A DNA stretch of 64,000 bases, from assembly GCA_963677925.2 (NCBI GenBank), contig CAXXYH010000003.1, positions 224,001 through 288,000 on the forward strand. Direction: 5' to 3'. Under the pieces are notes generated by a model, which worked only from the letters and a program-made list of their open reading frames with translations, was not told where the DNA came from and ran no database searches. The translations under genes were made by a program, and so were the position numbers. Origin of the DNA: Spirochaetia bacterium (GTDB lineage: Bacteria; Spirochaetota; Spirochaetia; UBA9216). This document shows positions 30,894-40,472 of this stretch, piece after piece; the first letter of the stretch is position 1, and every line of letters starts with the position of its first letter.

Positions 30894-31862
30894 ATGATTT
30901 ACATTAATGATTATAAAAATCTGCAGCAAAAGGTAAAAATAACCTATAATCCGATCTCTGATATGGTCATGTCACTAGATGTAATATCAGATCCGGGCCA
31001 TCACGGTCCAAGTTCTGTATGGGCATTCGAGGTATACAGAAACTTTTCAAGAAAGGAAAAAGATCTTTTCAGGTTGATTGAAAGCAAAATCGGCGGCTGG
31101 CTTCATCTTGACGAATATATTAATCAGTATACTTTTCAAGACTTTAATTTGGACAGCTCTGTAGAGATTATAAATTTCGTTAATGACTACGGTAATTGGA
31201 CGAGATTTCCCGAAGATATTAAACCTGAAAGTCTGACTTTTTTTCTGGAAACATACTGCAGGAATTTTTTTATCGATATCATCGAAGAACATCAAACTTT
31301 AATTAAAGCATCAATCAAAAATGAAACAACCTTATCCAGGACCCTTGCATTCACCGATTATGTAAAACGTATGAATCCCAGAGTTTCAATTAAAAAAAAT
31401 CAGATGGTTATGGAAAAAATGTACAGTACATCTTTCAACTCTGAAGTTCTTGATGTTTTTTATATAAAACTAAGCCTCTTTTCTTTCCCTCACCTTGTTA
31501 TTGATGATCGTCATGATGCAGGTATTTTCAGCCTATGTATGGATCTTCCTTTTCGCGACGATGATTACAGTCTCAAAGGTTCGAATTCGATAAGTACGAA
31601 AGCATTCGCCCTTTCAGATCGGACCAGGCTTGAAATATTATTTATGCTTTCAAGGCAGCCTATGACACAGAAAGAGCTCACAATAAAAATGGGGCTGGCC
31701 AAGTCTACAGTTTCAAGACATGTAAATATTCTTATGGAAAGCAAAATTCTGTATTCAGCCGACGGAGAAAGAAATACAAAACTTTTTATTAATTCAGGTT
31801 CAATTGAAACTATCTCCGAAGAAATTATAAACTGGCTCAATTTAGATACAAGAAATAACTAA
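30894..31862 (+). CDS. Transcriptional regulator with C-terminal ArsR-type winged HTH
   Basis: ALSDRTRLEIL..MTQKELT..GLAKSTVSRHVNIL; large N-terminal domain. Confidence 0.8.
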   Translation: MIYINDYKNLQQKVKITYNPISDMVMSLDVISDPGHHGPSSVWAFEVYRNFSRKEKDLFRLIESKIGGWLHLDEYINQYTFQDFNLDSSVEIINFVNDYGNWTRFPEDIKPESLTFFLETYCRNFFIDIIEEHQTLIKASIKNETTLSRTLAFTDYVKRMNPRVSIKKNQMVMEKMYSTSFNSEVLDVFYIKLSLFSFPHLVIDDRHDAGIFSLCMDLPFRDDDYSLKGSNSISTKAFALSDRTRLEILFMLSRQPMTQKELTIKMGLAKSTVSRHVNILMESKILYSADGERNTKLFINSGSIETISEEIINWLNLDTRNN

Positions 31863-33784
31863 ATTTTAACTCTCGGGCTTCTTTTTATATTAAGCTCTTC
31901 GAAAGGCTTCGGCTTGCCGATATAAAATCCCTGAGAAAATTCTACATTCAGTTCTTTCAGGCGTGTTATTTCTTTCTCATTTGAAACAAATTCAGCTATC
32001 AAAGATATATCAAGATCCCGGGCAAAGGCTGATATTGCCGTTATAATGGCATCCGAATGTTTTTCAGTAAGCAGCTTTTTTATCAGAGTACCGTCAATTT
32101 TTATATAATTAGCATGAAATTGGGACAGATAAATAAAATTTGAATAGCCGCTTCCGAAATCATCAATTGCTATCCGTATTCCCTCTTCTTTTAGCCGGTG
32201 TATATTACGGAAAATTGTTTCATAGTGAATTATCGATTCTGATTCAAGCAGTTCGATTATAACATAATGCTGCATATTATAATCTCTGCAGCATTTCACC
32301 AGGAAATCGACTGTAGAATCATCCTCTATATCACGGGCACTGAAATTCAATGAAATTGTCTTTCCCATACCTGTGAAATCCCTGAACGATTTCCTTATCA
32401 TGCATAAAGTAAGCTCTTTATATAGTTTACTTTTTCTGGCAACCTCCAGAAAATCGCCTGGAAGCAGTACTTCTCCATTTTCTCTGCGGATTCGTATCAG
32501 GGCTTCATATTTTTCAATTTCATCTGTGTAATTATTTTTAATCGGCTGGTAGTAAGGAATTACCGCATCAGCCTTAATAGCTTCTTTTATAATACCTATT
32601 GTTTTGAAATTGTTGTTGTAATTCGTTTCAACCTTCATCGAATCATCATAAAGAATCCAGCCCTTCTTTTCATACTTAGCTCTGTTCTTTGCAATATTTG
32701 CATGACTTAGAAGCTCCATATGCATAGTTTCCTGATAAACAATTCCTGCAGTAACTGTTAAATCAAGCGGCTGCCCTATATTTACAAAACTCTCATCTGA
32801 AATAGTATTTATAATTTTTTCTGCCGTTTGTATAATAAAATCAAGTTCCCCGCAGTCTTTAGCCAGAATTATGAACTCATCAACAGGAAATTTATAAAGC
32901 TTTAAATGCGGAGTACAGATTTCATTAATAATATCAGCAATACGGAGCAGGACTCTGTCTCCTACAATTCCGCCGAACAGATTGTTTATATCCCTGAAGG
33001 AATCAATATCAATCATAATTACAGACATATATTTTCGTTCAACAGGAGCTGTGTCACGTATAAATCCATCGCGGTTGGGCAGATGTGTTAATTTATCTGA
33101 ATATATAAGTTTCTCAAGATCTGCGGTCCTTCGATCAGCTCCTTTTTTTAGAATATATGTCAGGGGAATCAGCGGTATCATGAAAATGCAGATGAGAATA
33201 ACAGCTTTATAAATACTGCTTCGAAGTATACTTATCTGGTCCTGAAGTTTTATATCAGCAGCAAGCATGTATTTATTTCCCTCCGGACTTATACCGGGCA
33301 GAAAAATTGAATAATAACTGTTCCAAATATTCCTGTATGCAGAATAATACCTGTAGGTAACTTTTCCTGCGTCAAATGCATCTGTAAGATCCTTGGGCGG
33401 AAAAGGATAAGGATTGTAGAAAAGACTTGGAGTTCCCCTTATTAAATCATCTTCGGTTTCATTACTGACCACAAAATAAATTGTGCTATTCTGACGAACC
33501 ATTGCATATACATATTCGAGCCCAAGTGAATCTGCAAAATTATTCAATACTTTAGTGATTTTTTCGTATTCAGCTGCTGAAATCCTGTTATTAAAATTAT
33601 ATTGATCAAAAAAATCAGGACCAATAATCATATCAAGGGACTTTGCAGCTGCGTAAAGACTGTTATTAAGCTGCTCTTCTTTACTTTTATATTCAATACG
33701 ATAAATATAGACAGAAAAAGCTGCAGTTAATATTATATAAATTAAAATAATCAGCGAAACTTTAGATCTTATACTTTTATTCAT
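31859..33784 (-). CDS. Membrane sensor with degenerate GGDEF and EAL phosphodiesterase
   Basis: 2 TM segments around a sensor domain; FPVDEF replaces GGDEF; YEALIR, DDFGSGYSN, IKIDG, AEFV, QGF; start ATG 33784 preferred over 33817. Confidence 0.9.
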   Translation of the reverse strand: MNKSIRSKVSLIILIYIILTAAFSVYIYRIEYKSKEEQLNNSLYAAAKSLDMIIGPDFFDQYNFNNRISAAEYEKITKVLNNFADSLGLEYVYAMVRQNSTIYFVVSNETEDDLIRGTPSLFYNPYPFPPKDLTDAFDAGKVTYRYYSAYRNIWNSYYSIFLPGISPEGNKYMLAADIKLQDQISILRSSIYKAVILICIFMIPLIPLTYILKKGADRRTADLEKLIYSDKLTHLPNRDGFIRDTAPVERKYMSVIMIDIDSFRDINNLFGGIVGDRVLLRIADIINEICTPHLKLYKFPVDEFIILAKDCGELDFIIQTAEKIINTISDESFVNIGQPLDLTVTAGIVYQETMHMELLSHANIAKNRAKYEKKGWILYDDSMKVETNYNNNFKTIGIIKEAIKADAVIPYYQPIKNNYTDEIEKYEALIRIRRENGEVLLPGDFLEVARKSKLYKELTLCMIRKSFRDFTGMGKTISLNFSARDIEDDSTVDFLVKCCRDYNMQHYVIIELLESESIIHYETIFRNIHRLKEEGIRIAIDDFGSGYSNFIYLSQFHANYIKIDGTLIKKLLTEKHSDAIITAISAFARDLDISLIAEFVSNEKEITRLKELNVEFSQGFYIGKPKPFEELNIKRSPRVKI

Positions 33785-33884
33785 TTTTAACCCGTCTGTT
33801 TTTATAATGATTTTCAAAACTAACCGAGGTTTGCTGGAAGATCACATCTTTAAAATATACAACAACAGTTGCGTTTTATCTTTC

Positions 33885-34409
33885 CTATTCGAAGCCAGCA
33901 ACTATTTTTTCAAAGCGGTCGTTTATTTCACCCTGAAAATTTGAGTCATTAAGACTAAGCTGCATAACATTTTCAGTCTCCGGAGAGAGCATAGCTATCG
34001 GAAGCGCGGATGCTCCGGCAAAACGATCTCCGATAATTTCTTCTATTTTCTTGAATACAGTGTCATAGCCGAATTTGGAATCCTTCTGTTCCTCTGTTGA
34101 GCCGCAGCAGGAAATAAAATACAGTTTTTTAATACTTTCACTGTATTTATTAATGTATTTGAATACAGGATAAACCACAGTCCCCATCCATATAGGACTG
34201 CAGATTATAACCCTGTCAAAATCTGCCGGTGAATATTTTGAAGAACTGATGCCGAAGCCGAATCTGACCCCTGAAAATAAAAGCTGCAGAAGGTGAAGGT
34301 TTCCCCTAGGTTTAATTTCCTCGATACTGCATTTTAATCTTTTTGAGAACTCCTGAGCAATAAACCGGTTATTATTTGAATGTGAATAGTAAGCAACCAA
34401 AGTCTTCAT
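33885..34409 (-). CDS. Flavodoxin-fold protein
   Basis: LVAYYSHSNNN, SPIWMG. Confidence 0.75.
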   Translation of the reverse strand: MKTLVAYYSHSNNNRFIAQEFSKRLKCSIEEIKPRGNLHLLQLLFSGVRFGFGISSSKYSPADFDRVIICSPIWMGTVVYPVFKYINKYSESIKKLYFISCCGSTEEQKDSKFGYDTVFKKIEEIIGDRFAGASALPIAMLSPETENVMQLSLNDSNFQGEINDRFEKIVAGFE

Positions 34410-34529
34410 ACTTTCTCCTAATATTTAAACAGGAATATTTTAGCATAGAAAATATAATTTTAAAAATATCTTGTGCTGACCTCTTTTTTCTAACCTCTGA
34501 TTGCTTATAATACCTAAAGAGAGAATCTA

Positions 34530-36290
34530 ATGAAAAATAAAATGTTAAAATTTCAGGCACTCGGACTCGCAGGATTTTTCCTTATCATTCTAAGCGTAAT
34601 GCTCATATGGGTAAGCAGTCTGCTTTTTAATCAGGTAGAATCGCAACGAACTATAGATTCATATAATAGATACATGAATTTTAACAACCATCTTGAAAAT
34701 TTCATATTGACTCACAATGATATTCTACTCGGATTTTCAGCTTACATTGAAACATTTGATAATTTTCAGGATGAAGAAATTTACATATTTTTAGCTAATT
34801 TAATGCACGACAGAAGTCCATATATCCGGAATATCGGGATACTCAAGGATACAACGCTTATATGGAACTACCCCAGAGAAAAAAATGCCGCCGCTATCGG
34901 GGTTGATCTCTCACAAATAGAAGGTCAGTCCCGAAAAGTCCTCCAGGTTAAACGGGAACTAAGACCTGTTTTTCAGGGACCGGTAAATCTTGTTCAGGGC
35001 GGTATCGGGTATATCATAAGGCTTCCCTTTTTAAAAGACGGTTTATATTGGGGACAGGCAAGTATTGTTCTTGATGGAATCAAATTCAATGAATATATAG
35101 ATCAAATAAGCAAAGATGCTGAAATCAAGGTTCTTATATTGGATAAAAGCGAAAAATCTCAAATCATGTACGGCAATCCAGAGATAATTGATATGGATCC
35201 TGAAAAAATTATTAAAAAAACAGATTTTGGGGACTGGGAAATCTATTATATCCCTGATGAACTTACTAACAATTTTAACTACAGCATAATCTACCTTGTA
35301 ATACTGCTAGGTATTATGGTTATTTTATCTGCAACTATCAGTTTATATCGTATTTCAGTCAAACATATGCAGCTTCGTAATAAAAATAGAACACTGAATG
35401 AGACTGCTGTAACTGACAGGCTGACAGGTGTTTTTAATAGAGAAATGCTGGAGAGGAACATTCACAGCGAAATTGATAGAGCTGATCGATTGGAATACGA
35501 TCTTTCAATAATTCTTTTTGATCTGGATCATTTTAAACATGTAAATGATAATTTTGGTCATGAAGCAGGTGATCGGGTATTGATTGGCACTGCCGCAAAA
35601 GCCAAAGAAATAATCAGAAAAAGTGATCTCCTGGTACGATGGGGCGGAGAGGAATTTTTAATCATTGTTTCCGGCGGCAGTTTGAATATAGCCGTCGGTA
35701 TTGCTGAGAAACTGCGTACAGCGATTTCAAAAATTGAATATAACGATATAGGTCATGTAACAATAAGTCTTGGAATTGCTCAGCGTCTTGAGTATGAGTT
35801 CTGGGGCAGCTTATTCAAACGTGTTGATAATGCCCTCTATAAGGCAAAAAATGACGGCAGGAACAGGTTATCAATAAGTATGGACAGTGAACCGATGAAA
35901 AGAGAATTGAAAACACTTGACTGGAAGAGTGAATGGTTTTGCAGTAATAATACAATTAATCAGCAGCATAAACAGCTGATGGTTGATGCCAACGCAATGA
36001 TTGATTTATTTGACGTTAATCCTGAGAAATTTCACTTACTATATATCGACTTCATTGAATCTCTGACAAGACATTTCAGATATGAAGAAGGAATTCTTCT
36101 TAAAGCCGGATATCCATTTCTTGATGATCATAAAGAAATACATACCCATATTCTAAACAGTATTAATCGCACAGAAGCAAACATTGATCATTATATAAAA
36201 ACTCCTGAAGCTCTCTTTGATTATATTCTTGAAGAAATTCTTGTGGGTCATTTTTTTATAGAAGACTTCAAATTTTTTAACTATTTATAA
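34530..36290 (+). CDS. Diguanylate cyclase with CHASE/Cache-like sensor and C-terminal hemerythrin domain
   Basis: GPVNLVQGG sensor; RKSD..WGGEEF; H, HFRYEE, HKEIH, HFFIED ligand set. Confidence 0.9.
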   Translation: MKNKMLKFQALGLAGFFLIILSVMLIWVSSLLFNQVESQRTIDSYNRYMNFNNHLENFILTHNDILLGFSAYIETFDNFQDEEIYIFLANLMHDRSPYIRNIGILKDTTLIWNYPREKNAAAIGVDLSQIEGQSRKVLQVKRELRPVFQGPVNLVQGGIGYIIRLPFLKDGLYWGQASIVLDGIKFNEYIDQISKDAEIKVLILDKSEKSQIMYGNPEIIDMDPEKIIKKTDFGDWEIYYIPDELTNNFNYSIIYLVILLGIMVILSATISLYRISVKHMQLRNKNRTLNETAVTDRLTGVFNREMLERNIHSEIDRADRLEYDLSIILFDLDHFKHVNDNFGHEAGDRVLIGTAAKAKEIIRKSDLLVRWGGEEFLIIVSGGSLNIAVGIAEKLRTAISKIEYNDIGHVTISLGIAQRLEYEFWGSLFKRVDNALYKAKNDGRNRLSISMDSEPMKRELKTLDWKSEWFCSNNTINQQHKQLMVDANAMIDLFDVNPEKFHLLYIDFIESLTRHFRYEEGILLKAGYPFLDDHKEIHTHILNSINRTEANIDHYIKTPEALFDYILEEILVGHFFIEDFKFFNYL

Positions 36291-36336
36291 AATTTCATCA
36301 TTCGGAATAGAAAAGAAGTAGATCGGTTACAGATAC

Positions 36337-36374
36337 AAAAAAAAGACTGTCTGAAATTATTACAGACAGTCTTT
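36337..36374 (-). terminator. Intrinsic terminator downstream of tRNA-Asn (possibly bidirectional)
   Basis: AAAGACTGTCTG / CAGACAGTCTTT inverted repeat with T run on the minus strand. Confidence 0.8.
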
Positions 36375-36378
36375 AATA

Positions 36379-36451
36379 CTCCCCCGGACAGACTTGAACT
36401 GCCGACCTAGTGATTAACAGTCACCCGCTCTACCAGCTGAGCTACAGGGGA
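36379..36451 (-). tRNA. tRNA-Asn(GTT), CCA not encoded
   Basis: TCCCCTGTAGCTCAGCTGGTAGAGCGGGTGACTGTTAATCACTAGGTCGGCAGTTCAAGTCTGTCCGGGGGAG folds as a cloverleaf. Confidence 0.96.
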
Positions 36452-36468
36452 TTGCTTAATGCTTGGTT

Positions 36469-36497
36469 AAGATAAATGAATTTAATTTTTATGTCAA
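36469..36497 (-). promoter_or_regulatory. Sigma70 promoter of tRNA-Asn
   Basis: TTGACA-17-TATCTT. Confidence 0.7.
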
Positions 36498-36610
36498 CGG
36501 GTATTCAAAAGTTTTCTTAATATTTTTAATACGATATAAATTATTGTATAATAACTAATTAAATAAAATCTCTTATAATGATGCAAAATGTTTTTTCCTG
36601 ATAAAATCCA

Positions 36611-36639
36611 TTGCTAAATAAGCATTACTATTATATAAT
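36611..36639 (+). promoter_or_regulatory. Sigma70 promoter of perR-rbr with candidate PerR/Fur box in the spacer
   Basis: TTGCTA-17-TATAAT; spacer holds the near-palindrome AATAA-GCA-TTACT. Confidence 0.7.
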
Positions 36640-36645
36640 ATTTTA

Positions 36646-37083
36646 ATGCATTTACATACAGAGAACCTGACTTTTATACGGGAGGAATTCAAAAAGTGCG
36701 GTTTGCGCATGACCCCCAACAGAGTCACTATATTTAATTTGATTAAGCCTCTAAAAACTCATCCTACTGTAGATGAAGTTTATAAACTTGTTAAACCGGT
36801 TATACCTTCAGTGACTTATGACACAGTGAACAGGACAATGCAGACTTTTCATGACTGCGGGCTTATTGAGAAAACCGAAACCTACGGCTCTACAAGACGC
36901 TTTGATACCCAGACGCATGGACATAATCACTTTCATTGTACGGAATGCGGAAATATCTATGATATCGAATCCAAAGGTAATGAAAAGGAAGTTGAATATT
37001 TGACAGCACCTCCTGAAAATTTCACAATTACAGGTATGAGAATAGTCTACAGCGGGATATGCAGCAGCTGTAAACATAATTAA
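36646..37083 (+). CDS. perR: Fur-family regulator, PerR-like
   Basis: RMTPNR, HPTVDEVY, HNHFHCTECGNIYD, GICSSC; upstream of rubrerythrin. Confidence 0.8.
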   Translation: MHLHTENLTFIREEFKKCGLRMTPNRVTIFNLIKPLKTHPTVDEVYKLVKPVIPSVTYDTVNRTMQTFHDCGLIEKTETYGSTRRFDTQTHGHNHFHCTECGNIYDIESKGNEKEVEYLTAPPENFTITGMRIVYSGICSSCKHN

Positions 37084-37137
37084 GGAATCATCATTCTGTT
37101 AAACAGATGATAAAAATATATTTATAGGAGTATCATT

Positions 37138-37659
37138 ATGGGAAAAACTTCAGAGAATCTGCAGTCTGCCTTCGCAGGTGAATCTCAGGCCAGAAACAAA
37201 TATACATTCTGGGCTGCAGTAGCTAGAGAAGAAGGCTATAACTACATAGCCAAAATTTTTGAAGAAACTGCAGCAAACGAAATGCAGCACGCTTTTGACG
37301 AGTTTACTATGCTCGGAGGTATCGGAGATACTGCGGCAAACCTGAAGGCCGCCATGGAAGGTGAAGATTACGAAGTACAGACAATGTATGCTGATTTTGC
37401 AAAGGAAGCCGAAGCTGAAGGTGAAAAAGATGCTATGAATCTATTCAAACAGATTCTTAAAGTCGAAGCTCATCACAGAGACAGATACAAAAGACTTCTT
37501 GAAATGGTTAACAACGGTACAGTCTATAAAAGAGACGAACCTATTCTATGGAAGTGCAGTGTATGCGGTTACATTGTTGAAAATACAGAACCGCCTGTAA
37601 AGTGCCCATGCTGCAAGAGCGGAAAAGAACTTTTCGAACCGGCAAACCTCGACCTCTAA
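37138..37659 (+). CDS. rbr: Rubrerythrin
   Basis: AFAGESQARNKY, NEMQHA, EDYE, VEAHH, CSVCG..CPCC. Confidence 0.93.
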   Translation: MGKTSENLQSAFAGESQARNKYTFWAAVAREEGYNYIAKIFEETAANEMQHAFDEFTMLGGIGDTAANLKAAMEGEDYEVQTMYADFAKEAEAEGEKDAMNLFKQILKVEAHHRDRYKRLLEMVNNGTVYKRDEPILWKCSVCGYIVENTEPPVKCPCCKSGKELFEPANLDL

Positions 37660-37678
37660 AATTAATTTTCCTGAGAAG

Positions 37679-37705
37679 AAAGCCGCCTTTCAAAGGCGGT
37701 TTTTT
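37679..37705 (+). terminator. Intrinsic terminator after rbr
   Basis: AAAGCCGCCTT-TCA-AAGGCGGTTTTTT. Confidence 0.8.
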
Positions 37706-37723
37706 AATGTATAATGTTTCATT

Positions 37724-38794
37724 ATGAAGTACCATAAAATCTTTAAAAACCGTAAAGAAAGCATTGGAAGTCCTCCAGGCTCACTGGTCCATATCGGCAG
37801 AAAAAAAACTGATAAGGCTGTGATATCTCTAATGAGATACAATGAAACAGAATTATCAGAAACTGTACCGGATGATATTAATTCCGCTCTAATCGAAAAA
37901 CAGGCTGATTATGTCAACTGGATCAACATTGACGGGCTTCATGATATAGAACTGATTAACAGAACAGGCACTCTTTTTAATATACATCCCCTGCTCCTTG
38001 AAGATATTCTGAATACTACAATTCTTCCCAAAATTGACATAATTGATGATCAGATGCTTTTAATACTGAAAATGATCTCCTGGGATGAGAAAAGCGGGAG
38101 CATTGAGTCTGAACAGGTCAGTTTTATCCTTGGCAAGGATTACCTAATCAGTTTTCAGGAAAAACCGGGAGACCTTTTCGATCCTGTCAGGGCAAGACTT
38201 AGAAACTGCCTTGGTAAAATCAGAAAAAAGGGTAATGATTATCTATTTTACGCGTTAATTGATATTATTATCGACAACTACATGGCAGTCACAGATACAC
38301 TTTCAGAACGTATAGATAATCTTGAAGATGAAGTACTCAAAAATCCAGTCAGCGAACACACCACAGCGCTGCATGATTTAAGAAAGGAACTGCTCTACCT
38401 TCGCAAAATAACAATGCCCCTTAAGGAAATTGCAAATAACATAAAACGCGAAGAAACTGATTTGATCAGCGAAGACACTCTGGTTTTCTTCAACGATGTG
38501 TCTGACCATGTCATACAGGTTGTTGAGTTTATCGATGTATTCCGTGAAATTCTAAGCGGTGTATATGACACATATACTTCAACTATAAGCAACCGGATGA
38601 ACTCAGTAATGAAGGTTCTGACACTGATTGCTACAATTTTTATTCCGTTAACATTTATTGCCGGTATTTACGGTATGAATTTTTCCTATATGCCTGAACT
38701 TTCTGTTAAATGGGCTTATTTTGCAGTTCTTCTTGTTATGCTTATAATCGGTGTATCTATGCTCGTTTTCTTTAAAAAGAAAAAATGGTTATAA
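37724..38794 (+). CDS. corA: Magnesium/cobalt transporter
   Basis: PPGSLVHIG, HPLLLEDI, YGMNFSYMPEL. Confidence 0.95.
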   Translation: MKYHKIFKNRKESIGSPPGSLVHIGRKKTDKAVISLMRYNETELSETVPDDINSALIEKQADYVNWINIDGLHDIELINRTGTLFNIHPLLLEDILNTTILPKIDIIDDQMLLILKMISWDEKSGSIESEQVSFILGKDYLISFQEKPGDLFDPVRARLRNCLGKIRKKGNDYLFYALIDIIIDNYMAVTDTLSERIDNLEDEVLKNPVSEHTTALHDLRKELLYLRKITMPLKEIANNIKREETDLISEDTLVFFNDVSDHVIQVVEFIDVFREILSGVYDTYTSTISNRMNSVMKVLTLIATIFIPLTFIAGIYGMNFSYMPELSVKWAYFAVLLVMLIIGVSMLVFFKKKKWL

Positions 38795-38806
38795 AAGAGG
38801 AATTAA

Positions 38807-39601
38807 ATGGCTGACGATAATTCAAATAATTTTTTCTGGTCAAAAATTCCCGAAGAAATACCGGAAATATTATTGATAAATTACGGTATAAGTGAAATTT
38901 GTATCCTGAAAAAGGCTGATTCTTTGTATACAGCATTAAAAACAAGTACAGACGGCCGTGAAAAATTCAGTTTAAACGATAAAATATCAGAGGATGCTTC
39001 GACCTCTTTCAATTTGGAAATGCTGGGTTTAAAAAACATGGGAAAAAGCAGTCTGTGTCCAGTATTTCCCGACAGACCGCTCATTCTGATGTTTGATTTC
39101 CCCTTCACACTCAATCCGGATACAGATATAAGCTTTCTCTGCAGCCTTCCTGTAGCACCGGCAATTGTAAAACAAAACCCGAAAGGTATTCTTAAAGAAT
39201 TCTCAACCTGGAAGCTCTCAAATACCTGGTCAGGCGATTTTGAATCCGGCGATCTGTGTTTTTCTTACAACACTGTATTTCATGACAGGAAAGATCTTGA
39301 AAACCTTAAACCTGACAAAGCGGCAATACTAATACATTTCTCTAATAAATCCTCTGAAGCATTCCGTTTTTATAAAATTTTTCTTAACACTCCTTCGCTT
39401 AAGATTTTTCAAAACGGCAGATACCTTTCATCTAATAAGGTTGATGTTACAGTATCAGGACCGGAACAGCTGCTGCAGTATAATTATCATGATACGCCGG
39501 GGAGAGAGATTGAATTCGATAATCTGCTTACCAGTCCAAGACGGTCTGATGATAAAAGTCTGATCAGAAGAAGTTTCAGATTTTTTAAAAATCTAGGCTG
39601 A
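38807..39601 (+). CDS. DUF432-like protein
   Basis: PVFPDRP, LSNTWSG..GDLC; directly upstream of mscS as is usual for DUF432. Confidence 0.6.
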   Translation: MADDNSNNFFWSKIPEEIPEILLINYGISEICILKKADSLYTALKTSTDGREKFSLNDKISEDASTSFNLEMLGLKNMGKSSLCPVFPDRPLILMFDFPFTLNPDTDISFLCSLPVAPAIVKQNPKGILKEFSTWKLSNTWSGDFESGDLCFSYNTVFHDRKDLENLKPDKAAILIHFSNKSSEAFRFYKIFLNTPSLKIFQNGRYLSSNKVDVTVSGPEQLLQYNYHDTPGREIEFDNLLTSPRRSDDKSLIRRSFRFFKNLG

Positions 39602-39613
39602 CAGGAGTAAAAT

Positions 39614-40408
39614 ATGGATTTCAAAAACCTAAATGAATTTTTCAACAATCTTCCGTATCAAACTATTCTTAAAGCGGCAATTATTGCAGTCTGCGGGCTT
39701 ATAATAATCAGGATAATTACCGCCGTTTTAAAACGTACATTAAAGAAAAAAATCTCCCAGCAGAGCTATATGCTGATAAACAAAATTGTTATCTATGCAG
39801 GTCTTTTCATTGTTATTCTGACGGTACTTTCAATTTTCGATATTGATCTTACAGCGCTTCTGGGAGCCGCCGGAATTGCAGGCTTGACGATAGGTGTGGC
39901 CTCAAAAAACAGTGTTGGTAATATAATCAGCGGTATTTTTCTTATAAGTGAAAAATCTTTCCAGGTTGGTGATGTTGTTAAAATAGGAGATAAGACCGGA
40001 ATAGTCTATTCAATAGATCTGCTGTCCATAAAACTAAGGACCTTTGACAACCTTTTTGTCCGTATTCCGAACGAGAATATTATCAATTCAGACGTTACTA
40101 CTGTTACCAGATTTCCTATAAGAAGAATGGATATCAATATCTCTGTACCTTATAATACAGACCTTGAAAAAGTAAAAAACATTCTTTTATCGGCCGCTTC
40201 AGAGAATCCGCTTTGCCTTACCGAACCTGAACCTTTATTTGTATATAACGGCTTCGGGGAAAAAGGCTGTGAAATATTGTTGGGGATGTGGTTTGAGAAA
40301 ACAAGCTATCTTCAGCTAAAAAACTCTATAATTCCTGAAATAAAGACAGCATTTGAAAAAGAGAAAATTGAATTCGCATACCCTGCGCTCAAGATTCATA
40401 CAAAATAA
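39614..40408 (+). CDS. mscS: Small-conductance mechanosensitive channel
   Basis: GAAGIAGLTIG, NIISG, FQVGD, IPN. Confidence 0.92.
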   Translation: MDFKNLNEFFNNLPYQTILKAAIIAVCGLIIIRIITAVLKRTLKKKISQQSYMLINKIVIYAGLFIVILTVLSIFDIDLTALLGAAGIAGLTIGVASKNSVGNIISGIFLISEKSFQVGDVVKIGDKTGIVYSIDLLSIKLRTFDNLFVRIPNENIINSDVTTVTRFPIRRMDINISVPYNTDLEKVKNILLSAASENPLCLTEPEPLFVYNGFGEKGCEILLGMWFEKTSYLQLKNSIIPEIKTAFEKEKIEFAYPALKIHTK

Positions 40409-40417
40409 TACATTTGC

Positions 40418-40446
40418 TTGTATTTTAAAAATACAGATCATATAAT
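40418..40446 (+). promoter_or_regulatory. gcv promoter with overlapping palindrome
   Basis: TTGTAT-17-TATAAT; TGTATTTT-A-AAAATACA at 40419-40435. Confidence 0.6.
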
Positions 40447-40472
40447 TATCTCAGATTTCAGGAGGCCCAGTC

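Noticed and set aside
26950-36451. Integrative element at tRNA-Asn
   Set aside because: No integrase, and no duplicate of the tRNA 3' end seen in the window
40409-40472. Glycine riboswitch
   Set aside because: Intergenic region is only about 64 nt and is occupied by promoter and RBS
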